A stretch of 64,000 bases of DNA. It comes from an uncultured Desulfarculus sp. (GTDB lineage Bacteria > Desulfobacterota > Desulfarculia > Desulfarculales > Desulfarculaceae). The stretch is taken from NCBI GenBank assembly GCA_963665125.2, contig CAXXUK010000001.1, positions 1,440,001 to 1,504,000 on the forward strand, read 5' to 3'. Position 1 is the stretch's first letter; each line of letters begins with the position of its first letter. Position numbers and translations under genes: made by a program. Shown here in pieces: positions 29,760 to 39,511 of the stretch. The notes under the pieces were generated by a model that saw only the letters and a program-made list of their open reading frames with translations, had not been told where the DNA came from and searched no databases.

Positions 29760-30773
29760 TCAATATGCAGCCTTGGGCGCATCACTAAGCTCGCGCCAGC
29801 AGTATGAAAGGTCGAAAAGCTCGTCATCGGTCATTTCGGCCGGGTCTTTTTGCATCAAATCATCGACATACCAGTCCGCTGCCCCGGCGTAATAGCGCAC
29901 TTTGGACGTGACGTCCTTGAACCCACGATCGCCCAGCAATGCGCCTGCCAGCAGGTACAGCGGGAATATGATCACCCAATACAGAGCAAGGGCCACCCAG
30001 GACATCAGCCCCAAGGGAATGCCGATCCAGGAATGTTCATGCCAGTTCTTTTTGGCGATATAGCCGCGAATCCACAGCCCTATATTGACCATTTTCACCG
30101 CGAAGTCAGACAGTGCGTCAGGCAGCCAAAACCGAGACATGGGCAAAAAGGCCAAGGCGCAACCCGCGAACTGCACCAAGAGAACCAGCCCGACAAGCGA
30201 GGTCAGGAAATTGGGATTGATCTTCATCGCCTGCGAGGCGAGCAAGGCGATGATCAGGGCGAAAATGCCCAAAAAGGCGCAGGTGACGAACGACAGCATG
30301 CAGCTGAGCGGCACCTTGTCGGCGAGATCAGCCCGCAGCATGTCGGCAAAGCGCAAGCCAGGGGCCACCACCACCTCTTCTTCGTGCATCTTGTAGGAAT
30401 TGGCCCGGATGCCGTCCCAGGCGTTGCGCAGCTCGTCCTGCATACGCCCGGCGTTGCGGCGGATGGTCTCCTGGGGCGGCTCGTAGGTCTGAGCCCGTTT
30501 CTGCTCATAGGCATCATCGTAGGTGTCGGCGTGGACTTGGCCTTTTAGATATCCCTCCACCGCCTCAATGGCCGGGCCGATGAGCCGGAAATTGCGCTGA
30601 TAGCGCTGCAAGGTCTCTTCCGACGGCTTGGTGTAGAGGATTTTGTCCGGGTGCCAACGCACCTGGGCCTTGCGCCGCAACTTTGGCAAATCCGCTTCGG
30701 TCAGGCTGTCGAGATCGGTGATTTCAAGAATGGATATGGCTTCGGAAAGGTCTACGCGCTCTTCTGGTGACAA
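29760..30773 (-). CDS. J-domain (DnaJ-like) membrane protein
   Basis: N-terminal helical J-like domain with RWHPDK, followed by about three hydrophobic segments. Confidence 0.7.
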   Translation of the reverse strand: MSPEERVDLSEAISILEITDLDSLTEADLPKLRRKAQVRWHPDKILYTKPSEETLQRYQRNFRLIGPAIEAVEGYLKGQVHADTYDDAYEQKRAQTYEPPQETIRRNAGRMQDELRNAWDGIRANSYKMHEEEVVVAPGLRFADMLRADLADKVPLSCMLSFVTCAFLGIFALIIALLASQAMKINPNFLTSLVGLVLLVQFAGCALAFLPMSRFWLPDALSDFAVKMVNIGLWIRGYIAKKNWHEHSWIGIPLGLMSWVALALYWVIIFPLYLLAGALLGDRGFKDVTSKVRYYAGAADWYVDDLMQKDPAEMTDDELFDLSYCWRELSDAPKAAY

Positions 30774-31108
30774 GATGATCCCCCCAAATCATGTTGACTA
30801 TCTATTCGTTGTTGCTGTTGGTTCGGAAATTATCACGGCTCGGACGAGCCCGGCAAGATTTAATTCCGGCGAAGAGCCTCATAACCTTGCACCCGAAACC
30901 GCAATAACCACCGCTTCCACGCAATATGCAGCCTGCCGAATTGCCGCCAGTGCAGACGCGCGCCGTCTTGCCTGCTGGCCCACAAGCGCAGGGTGCGCAC
31001 GGCCGCCCTGCTCGAGGGCTGGGCGCTGGCCAGTACGCGGCCGGATTGCCGCAGTTCGAAGCGGCCGGTTGCGTCGACTTCATCCCAGAATCTGGACATA
31101 GTTTTAAG

Positions 31109-32055
31109 TTAATAATGAATACGTAGGGTAGCCGCTTCTTGGTAGGCGGTGGGTTTCTTGCAGTACTTGCGGGTGGTGGCGATGCTGGCGTGGCCCAGGG
31201 CCTCCTGCACCAGTTCGATGGGCACCCCGGCGTCCAAGGCGTGGCTGGCAAAGGTTGCCCGACAGGAGTGGGGCGTGGCCTTGGCGGGCAGTTCGGCCAG
31301 GCGGGCGTATTTGTCGAAGATGCGCTGAATTTGCAGCCGCCGCAGGTGCCGCCTCGCGGCCCGAACGGCTTCACCGGCAGAAACAGCGGGCTGTCGTCCT
31401 CGAGGCCGTGTCCTGCCGCCTCCAGCCACTGCCGCAGCCAATACAGGAGCTGGCTACTCAAAGGATTGCGGATGGTCTTGCCGCCCTTGATGCGGTAGCG
31501 CAGCACCCAGAAACCAGCGTCCTCGAACAGGTCGCAGACCTTGAGCCCGGCTGCTTCGCTGATTCTGGCCCCGGTGTAGAGCAGCACACACAGGATGGCC
31601 AGGTCGCGCTTGCCCGCCAGGGTGCCGGGGTCGGGCGCGGCCAGCAGCCGCCGGGCCTGGGCCTTGGTCAGCAGCACGCTCTCCACCTGGCGGTCGTTGA
31701 CGCTGGGGCGCTTGAGACCATGGCAGGGATTCAAGCCGATGAGTTGGGCCTCGCACAGTTCTCCGAACAGTGAGCTAAGGGCGGCAAGCCGAGCGCGAAT
31801 GGTGCGCGGCGCAAAGCCTATCGCCTCCATGTGGCCGCGCCAGGCCAGCACCATGCCGCGATCCACCCGCCTCAGGTCATCCGGCCCGGTCAGCCCGGCG
31901 AATTGGGCGAAGCTGAGCACGGCCTGCCGGTATGCTGCCTTAGTGTTAGGGCTGATGAAGTTGTGAAGCCAGAGGTTTTCCGGCCGCGCCGCCTCGGGCC
32001 GGGCAAGACCAGCGCCCCGGCTTGACACGGCAATCAGATTGTTGTCTTGGAGCAT
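31109..32055 (-). pseudogene. XerC/D-like tyrosine recombinase (resolvase type) with a single frameshift near 31360
   Basis: The N-terminal frame has SPNTKAAY, RDLAILCVLLYTGARISEA, KGGK. The C-terminal frame has TPHSCRATFASHALDAG...VQEALGHASIATTRKY. One extra G in TTCGGGCC joins them. Confidence 0.85.
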
Positions 32056-32073
32056 GGATCAGGGGTGAAATAT

Positions 32074-32120
32074 GGGATGCATAACTAGCTTTATATTTCG
32101 TTATATTAGGTAGTTATATT
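32074..32120. promoter_or_regulatory. Putative tyrosine-recombinase site (dif/res-like core plus direct repeats)
   Basis: GGGATGCATAA-CTAGCT-TTATATTTCGT has 11-6-11 geometry, followed by further TTATATT copies at 32101 and 32114. Confidence 0.5.
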
Positions 32121-32220
32121 GTAGCTGATAAAGACTAAAGAGTCTAGGTTTGGTGAGGGCAACTTGTAGCCGACAAGGGTAACTAGAGATTGAATGCAAC
32201 GCGCAATACAGCATTAATAA

Positions 32221-35200
32221 GTTTCAATCCACGCCCTCGCACGGAGGGCGACGGCCTCGATCATGGGGGTGATGACGTCCTCGATGTTTCAATCCACGCC
32301 CTCGCACGGAGGGCGACCCGCGGCCGCGTCGTATTCCGGGCTGGTGTATATCATGTTTCAATCCACGCCCTCGCACGGAGGGCGACGCCCAGGTGTGGTA
32401 ATAGGATCCGTCCTCTTCGTTGTTTCAATCCACGCCCTCGCACGGAGGGCGACAAAGGCCGTGCAACTCGTCGCCCTGCTCCGATTTGTTTCAATCCACG
32501 CCCTCGCACGGAGGGCGACAAAAACGCTGCCGGGCACGCCGACCTTAGCCGAAGTTTCAATCCACGCCCTCGCACGGAGGGCGACAAGAGCTGTTGGCCC
32601 AGGCGGCTGGCCGGGATCAGGGTTTCAATCCACGCCCTCGCACGGAGGGCGACCGCGCGCAAGATGCGCGGCTTGCTGCACTTTATCGAGTTTCAATCCA
32701 CGCCCTCGCACGGAGGGCGACCGCTTTTATACACTCGCATGCTGGCGCCTAAATAGTTTCAATCCACGCCCTCGCACGGAGGGCGACGTTCATTTTCACG
32801 GCCTGCGCCGAACTCATCGACGTGTTTCAATCCACGCCCTCGCACGGAGGGCGACATCGAGTCGTGCAGCTTTTAATCTGGCCGCCACTGTTTCAATCCA
32901 CGCCCTCGCACGGAGGGCGACACAGCCAGCGAGGGCAAAACAATCGCCCTCAATCGTTTCAATCCACGCCCTCGCACGGAGGGCGACTCAAGCAATGCTG
33001 CCCGATTGGGAAAAGGTATTGTTTCAATCCACGCCCTCGCACGGAGGGCGACACCAGCATATCTAGGGCCTGCGCTTCAAGCCGAGGTTTCAATCCACGC
33101 CCTCGCACGGAGGGCGACAGTGAGCAGCTATATGTTCAGCCATTTCGGATGCGTTTCAATCCACGCCCTCGCACGGAGGGCGACTTGTCTTTACATCTCC
33201 ATTCGATGCGGTAGACATAGTTTCAATCCACGCCCTCGCACGGAGGGCGACCGGCCCTGTTAGGCGATGATTTTAACGCACAAGAAGTTTCAATCCACGC
33301 CCTCGCACGGAGGGCGACCTAAAATATTTGCGCTTGGCACCCAGTATATCCAAGTTTCAATCCACGCCCTCGCACGGAGGGCGACCCAACAGACCCTTCC
33401 GGTCTTGAGGTATATCAACGTTTCAATCCACGCCCTCGCACGGAGGGCGACGACGCCCCGTCCGAAACAAAACCGTTTGGCACGGTGTTTCAATCCACGC
33501 CCTCGCACGGAGGGCGACATGCCACGCTTGACAACGGCCTACAAATCAAGTGGTTTCAATCCACGCCCTCGCACGGAGGGCGACCTTCGGCGGGAGATGG
33601 AGAAACAGCGATGAATATGTTTCAATCCACGCCCTCGCACGGAGGGCGACAGTGTCTCGGTTTGAATAGGGAGGCAACAATGATAGTTTCAATCCACGCC
33701 CTCGCACGGAGGGCGACCGGAAAAAACGCGGCCGAGGTCAGACGCTGTAAAGTTTCAATCCACGCCCTCGCACGGAGGGCGACGGCGTCCGATTGCCCCC
33801 CGTTGGACGGGTAGAAGTTTCAATCCACGCCCTCGCACGGAGGGCGACTTGGCCAGGGGGCCGCCGACGTCGGTCTCGGTGATGTTTCAATCCACGCCCT
33901 CGCACGGAGGGCGACCCAGCAGCGCAGACGCTGCACGGTGGTGTCAACGTTTCAATCCACGCCCTCGCACGGAGGGCGACGATAAAGGAGCGCATAGATG
34001 CCTATTTACTACATAGTTTCAATCCACGCCCTCGCACGGAGGGCGACCTGCTAGCGTAAAGGCCCTACATGTAGGAGTGGATGTTTCAATCCACGCCCTC
34101 GCACGGAGGGCGACAAAAGTCACCGTATACCCATATCCGGTTGAGGTTGTTTCAATCCACGCCCTCGCACGGAGGGCGACCAGCCGCAACCTTTTTATAT
34201 GATGTTTCAAAGTTGTTTCAATCCACGCCCTCGCACGGAGGGCGACCAGCTTACCAAGTCCCTCTTGGACGAGCTTTTCAGGTTTCAATCCACGCCCTCG
34301 CACGGAGGGCGACCACCACGGCGGCGACAACCATAGCAGTGGCCAATGGTTTCAATCCACGCCCTCGCACGGAGGGCGACACGGCCCGGATCACCGGTCA
34401 CACGCAAAGAGGCTGTTTCAATCCACGCCCTCGCACGGAGGGCGACCAAACCTCCATGGGTTGTTCTTTTGGGGTATAAGTTTCAATCCACGCCCTCGCA
34501 CGGAGGGCGACGCGGCCGCCGGCCACCATCCAACGCACGATATCGTTTCAATCCACGCCCTCGCACGGAGGGCGACTCAAGAAATACACAGAAGCCTCAA
34601 AGGGTTGGCTGGTTTCAATCCACGCCCTCGCACGGAGGGCGACAGAACGCCCAAAACTGGAGAACGGAATGCGATTCGTTTCAATCCACGCCCTCGCACG
34701 GAGGGCGACCTTTTGGAACCAGCAATTGAGTTCGTGGTACTTTTGTTTCAATCCACGCCCTCGCACGGAGGGCGACTGGGGTGTGGAACGCGACGGCTTA
34801 TACCGCAAAGAAGTTTCAATCCACGCCCTCGCACGGAGGGCGACTTGCGAACGCTTCGGCCTGGAGTATGGGGAATAATGTTTCAATCCACGCCCTCGCA
34901 CGGAGGGCGACTGGCTCTCGAAAATCGGTCAACGCCAGCGAAACAGTTTCAATCCACGCCCTCGCACGGAGGGCGACTTGCATGGTTACAGGCTCAATGT
35001 CAGTCTATTTTGTTTCAATCCACGCCCTCGCACGGAGGGCGACTTGGGTGTGCCATAGACAGGTTGGAGAATAGGCGATGTTTCAATCCACGCCCTCGCA
35101 CGGAGGGCGACGCGGCAGCCGAGTTGATGCTCTCCACACCATTGAGTTTCAATCCACGCCCTCGCACGGAGGGCGACAAAGGTCTAAAACCGTGGTGAAC

Positions 35201-35576
35201 TCGTACTCAAGTTTCAATCCACGCCCTCGCACGGAGGGCGACGATGCGCGCCGCTGTGTCGTCACGCTCAGACATGTTTCAATCCACGCCCTCGCACGGA
35301 GGGCGACCTGCCAGCGTAAAGGCCCTCCATGTACGAATTTATGTTTCAATCCACGCCCTCGCACGGAGGGCGACCAGTACGTTTCTTTCTTTCAGTTCAA
35401 CCCCAACAAAACGTTTCAATCCACGCCCTCGCACGGAGGGCGACCTGACGGCACTGTAACAACTACCGAAACCACATGTTTCAATCCACGCCCTCGCACG
35501 GAGGGCGACACCGGTGCGGTATACACCAAAGACGACGACGGCGTGTTTCAATCCACGCCCTCGCACGGAGGGCGAC
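32221..35576 (-). CRISPR. Type I-C CRISPR array: 51 repeats, 50 spacers of about 33-38 bp
   Basis: 32-bp repeat GTCGCCCTCCGTGCGAGGGCGTGGATTGAAAC (minus strand), hairpin CGCCCTC/GAGGGCG, ATTGAAAC 3' end. Counted manually. Confidence 0.98.
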
Positions 35577-35762
35577 CGCGGATTATGCAAATCCGCAAAA
35601 AAACTTAATATATTGTCCCGTTTGCGCGAAACTGTGGGCCAGAGCCTCACCTAGAGTGCCTTTTCCCGTTCATGAGCGCTAATTAGCCTGTAATTGCATG
35701 ACCTTGGCCACAGCGCGAAGCTTCCGGAGAATCGTCGTGTGCTTGATGTTCGCGCGGCCACA
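35577..35762 (-). promoter_or_regulatory. CRISPR leader
   Basis: Lies between the cas2 stop and the first repeat. Contains GCGCGAAC...TTCGCGC motifs typical of I-C leaders and an AT-rich tract. Confidence 0.8.
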
Positions 35763-35885
35763 CTACACCACCAATAGACCCTCTGGATCGTATCCCGGCT
35801 TGGCCCCGATATGCTCAAGGCGGCGCTTATAGTTTTTACCCAAGAAGTAAAAACGCAACGAGTCTTGCTCAAGGTTGGCAGCAGC
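35763..35885 (-). pseudogene. cas2: C-terminal stub of type I-C Cas2, cut by an IS
   Basis: Manual translation: AAANLEQDSLRFYFLGKNYKRRLEHIGAKPGYDPEGLLVV*, matching the I-C Cas2 tail DSLRFY.LG...EHIGAK..YD.EG.L. Confidence 0.9.
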
Positions 35886-37135
35886 TGATCTTCCCCAATT
35901 TTTGTGGACACGTAGTTAAGCAGCCATATTGATCATCTCATATTGAGCCGGGTTCATGTACCCCAGAGCTGAGTGTTTGCGGCTGCGGTTGTAGAAGACT
36001 TCGATGTACTCAAAGATGTCAGCCTTGGCCTGCGTCCTGCTCAGATAATCTTTATGCGCCACCAGTTCGGTTTTCAGGGAATGAAACCAGCTTTCCATGG
36101 GCGCGTTATCCCAGCAGTCGCCCTTGCGGCTCATGCTGCATATCATGCGGTGCGACTTCAGCTTTTTGCGGTAGGCCTTGCTGGCATATTGACGTCCTTG
36201 ATCTGAATGATGGATCAGCCCAGGCCCAGGTTTCCGCCGGTCCACCGCCATGTTCAGCGCATCGAGCACCAGCTTTTTGGTCATGCGGCTTGACATGGAC
36301 CAGCCCACGATCAGCTTGGAATAAAGATCCAGGACGGCCGCCAGGTACAGCCAGCCTTCACGAGTAGGAATGTAGGTTATATCAGCCAGCCATTTTTGAT
36401 CAGGGCCGTCCGCTTCAAAGTCCCGCCCCAGGATATTGGGGGCCGCCAGGTGGCCGTGATTGGAATCCGTGGTGGCCTTGTACTTTTTCTTCTGCTTGGC
36501 AGCGATGCCGTTATCGCGCATTAATCGAGCCACCCGGTTCTCGCTCACATGGATTTCACGATCCTTGAGTTCCGCCTGTATCCGGGGGCTTCCGTACACG
36601 CCACGATTTTCTTTATGAATGGCCTTGATCTCGACAAAGAGCCTCCGGTTCTCTCGCGCCCGGCTGCTTTCCGGCCGGTTCAGCCAAGCGTAGTACCCGC
36701 TGGCTGACACCTCCAAAACCCGGCACATGCGCCTGATCTGGAATCCTTCACTCTGATCCCTGATGAACTGAAACTTCATTTTGGCATCCGCGAGAAGATG
36801 CCGATGGCTTTTTTTAATATGTCACGCTCCTGGCGTACAATGGCCAGTTCGCGTCTCAGATGGGCTAGCTCCTCATCTTGCGGCTTTAAATTGCCCTTGC
36901 CTGGGAAGGCCTGCTCAGGGTCTGCTTCGAGCTGCTTCTTCCAGCGGCCCAGCACGGTCTGGCTGATGCCAAGGTCCCCGGCCGCCTGGGAAATGCTCAA
37001 ACCTCCCTCGGTGACCAAGGCCACGGCTTCGATCTTGAACTCCCGGCTATAACTCCTGCGTCTGTTGCCCATTCAACACCTCCAAGCAATTCATATCATG
37101 CTTTTCGAGGTGTCCACAATTTCAGGGGAACTTCA
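35886..37135 (-). mobile_element. Different IS3-family element (1250 bp; orfA 36776-37072, orfB 35916-36779)
   Basis: IRs TGATCTTCCCCAATTTTTGTGGACA / TGTCCACAATTTCAGGGGAACTTCA; WLADITY, HSDQGRQY, DNAPMESWF. No target duplication. Confidence 0.95.
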
Positions 37136-37215
37136 CTTCATGCGGCTTCAAGTTATGCTAAGCAACGTTAACAGCGGCTGTATCTGTCCTTGTCCAGCCT
37201 GATGTTCAGGACACC

Positions 37216-37543
37216 TCAAACCCTACGGACCTCATCTACGGTCAGCGTCACCGTGCCGTAACGTAGTTTTCCTCCACCATGCCGGTTTCGTCCTCAAAGG
37301 TCAGAAACTGCATGGGCTCGTTCTTGCCCGTGCTGACGAACTTACCTAACAAAAGCCACCCAGACATAGAGACGCGCCTGCCTGCATGATTGGGCGGGTC
37401 CCGCGCTTTGGCCAGGTTCAGTCACTTAAGCTTTTCAGTGAATAGCTTCATGGGGTGGCGATCGGGCAGGAAACCCAAGACGGCGAACTGACGGCGCAGG
37501 CGCTCAGGCTCATTTGCGGACGGCAGGTGCGGTGCTTCGCCGG
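37216..37543 (-). pseudogene. C-terminal remnant of a DnaE2-like DNA polymerase III alpha (OB-fold region)
   Basis: Manual translation: ..ERLRRQFAVLGFLPDRHPMKLF..K*LNLAKARD..AGRRVSMSGWLLLGKFVSTGKNEPMQFLTFEDETGMVEENY, then after a frameshift GTVTLTVDEVRRV*. Confidence 0.7.
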
Positions 37544-37615
37544 TGCTAATTCCGCTGAATCCGGCCATCTATTCCGAGGCAAGGCGGCCACTTGGTCGGA
37601 GCGAAGCGATGCTGG
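37544..37615 (+). mobile_element. Isolated IS21-family-like terminal sequence
   Basis: TGCTAATTCCGCTGAATCCGGCCATCTATTCCG..GCGGCCACTTGGTCGGAGCGAAGCGA has the tandem ATTCCG/CGGCCA repeats typical of IS21 ends. It marks the truncation point of the dnaE2 remnant. Confidence 0.55.
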
Positions 37616-37739
37616 CCGCAGCTTGGCCTGGAGGCCGAGAACAGGCAATAAACGCTGTTGCTCAGGATGAGTTGGAAACAATCCAGTGAAACGCCTTCCT
37701 CGTCTGGCGCATGTCCCCCCTTTTATGCTCCCGATAATG

Positions 37740-37778
37740 TGATCCAGCCCAATTTTGATGGGCAGTTGATTAAGCGAC
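37740..37778 (-). mobile_element. Isolated end of an IS3 relative of copies 1-5
   Basis: TGATCCAGCCCAATTTTGATGGGCAGTTGATTAAGCGAC resembles the element ends, including the GTCGCTTAA orfB stop context. Confidence 0.6.
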
Positions 37779-38074
37779 CATAGAGCGTGCTTGTTATCAC
37801 GTGGCGGAAAAGTCCGTTGCTGATCAAGCACGCTAGGCGATGGTTGGCCGGCTGCCTCAGCTGGTGCGGAGGCATCTTCATCAAGGGCGATTTGCGTTGG
37901 TCATCAGGCCTAATTCCGCCACTTATGCCGTTTAAGTACGTTCCTTGTTTGCGTACGCCACCATAATTTGACTTATTTCCCGATGAATACTCCCCTCGCC
38001 TAGTCGGCATAAAGATTGCTAATATAAATATTCCCAGAAGCCCGATAGATGGCTGAAGTGCAAATCAACGGAGG

Positions 38075-39511
38075 ATGGGGACGATGAAACATAAAACCCG
38101 CCGTAAAATCATCGTTATCTTGCTGGCCTATCTCTCGCTGGCTCTTGCCCTGGCTGGTTATCACCTGTTCAACGTATTCTCCTTGCACGAAAAATTCGAT
38201 TTGGTTGAGGATTACTACCTGCTTTTCAACGATATGCTGGAAGTGCGCCGCTATGAAAAGAACTACATCATATACAGGGATGAAAAGGACTTGTTGGAGG
38301 CGGAGCGCTACCTGAACCGGGGCCGCGTTCAAGCCGATGAACTTTCAGCCAGCATTATCACATTGGCCGGAAAACCCGCCTACGATGAGTTCACGGCCAA
38401 TATCGCCGCCTACGGCAAAATTCTCGGCCAGGCCATCCATCAAAACAACACCGCCTCGTATGTCGATGCATACGATGATGAGCGAGTACGCGTTTACGGC
38501 AAGCAAATGGTTGATTTTAGTCAGCAACTGCTGATAATTAAGCGGCGGCGGATTGAAAAAGCCTTGCGATTGACCCTGATGGTGCCGCTGACGTTTTTAG
38601 TCATTGTTAGCATACTGTTGATATTGGTGGGCCACCTGGTTTCACGCAACATCATCCGGCCGTTGAATATCATCCGCCGAACCACCGACGAAGTGGCAAA
38701 GGGTAATTTTGAACCAATACCTTACCCGGCCACCGGCGACGATGAGGTCTCGGCCTTGGTCACGGCGTTCAACCGCATGGCCAGGGAGATCGACGAGCGC
38801 CAGGAACAGCTCGTCCAGACCCGCAAGATCGCGGCCATCGGCACCTTTACCAGCGGTGTTGCCCACGAGCTCAACAACCCCATCAACAACATTCGGCTCA
38901 CTGCCGAGACACTGCTGGACGACCTTGAAAATTTAAACAGCGCCGAAGTGGCCGAGTTGAGCCTGGATATCCTCAGCCAGGCTGACCGGGCCAGCGATAT
39001 CGTCAAGAATTTACTGGAGTTTTCTCGACAAGATCAACCGGGCACCGCCGAATTTTCCATCAAGGATGTATTGGAAAGCACTTTCAGGCTGGTGCGCAAT
39101 CAGATCATGGTCGACGGTGTGACACTGCACAGCGAGATCCCGGATGACCTGCCGCATATCGCTGGCAGCCTACGCAATCTTCAGCAGGTGTTTTTAAACT
39201 TGCTCCTCAATGCCGTGCAGTCCATGTCCGGCGGAGGTGATTTAAGCGTTACGGCCTGCCAGGAAGGCGACATGCTGCGGGTGGATGTCGCCGACACGGG
39301 GACGGGAATTTTACCGGAGGACTTGGAACACATCTTCGATCCGTTTTACACTACTAAGGAAGTGGGACAGGGCACCGGGCTTGGGCTTTCGGTGACCTAC
39401 GGCCTTGTCAAAAAACACGGCGGCTATATCGTGGTTGATAGTACGGTTGGTCAAGGGTCTGTATTTACAGTATTTCTACCGTTCACGGAAAACGGGCTCA
39501 AGGAGGCTTGA
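38075..39511 (+). CDS. HAMP-domain sensor histidine kinase
   Basis: Two TM segments, HAMP domain, GVAHELNNP H-box, QVFLNLLLNA, DTGTGI, FDPFYTTK, GTGLGL. Confidence 0.95.
   Translation: MGTMKHKTRRKIIVILLAYLSLALALAGYHLFNVFSLHEKFDLVEDYYLLFNDMLEVRRYEKNYIIYRDEKDLLEAERYLNRGRVQADELSASIITLAGKPAYDEFTANIAAYGKILGQAIHQNNTASYVDAYDDERVRVYGKQMVDFSQQLLIIKRRRIEKALRLTLMVPLTFLVIVSILLILVGHLVSRNIIRPLNIIRRTTDEVAKGNFEPIPYPATGDDEVSALVTAFNRMAREIDERQEQLVQTRKIAAIGTFTSGVAHELNNPINNIRLTAETLLDDLENLNSAEVAELSLDILSQADRASDIVKNLLEFSRQDQPGTAEFSIKDVLESTFRLVRNQIMVDGVTLHSEIPDDLPHIAGSLRNLQQVFLNLLLNAVQSMSGGGDLSVTACQEGDMLRVDVADTGTGILPEDLEHIFDPFYTTKEVGQGTGLGLSVTYGLVKKHGGYIVVDSTVGQGSVFTVFLPFTENGLKEA

Noticed and set aside
30861..30902. 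AATTCCGGCGAAGAGCC, resembling an ISL3-type end, beside AACCTTGCACCCGAAACC
   Set aside because: No partner IR or transposase was seen, so it cannot be supported without a database search.
30802..31360. C-terminal half of the 417-aa ORF 30802-32055
   Set aside because: It is out-of-frame read-through after the recombinase frameshift; the catalytic H-x-x-R, H and Y residues lie in the other frame.
32152..32220. Possible degenerate terminal repeat (GAGGGCAAC at 32155 or AAGGGTAAC at 32175)
   Set aside because: Only the last ~9 nt resemble the repeat, which is too weak to count as a 52nd repeat.
32788..32823. Spacer translating as HFHGLRRTH, similar to an integrase H-x-L-R motif
   Set aside because: Another frame is equally plausible, and it does not match the integrases in this window.
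32221..35576. Self-targeting spacers against genes in this window
   Set aside because: None was noticed by eye, but an exhaustive comparison needs BLAST, so absence is not established.
32190..35682. Many ORFs with repeated FQSTPSHGGR / VSIHALARRAT / FNPRPRTEGD peptides
   Set aside because: These are translations of the CRISPR repeat, not proteins.
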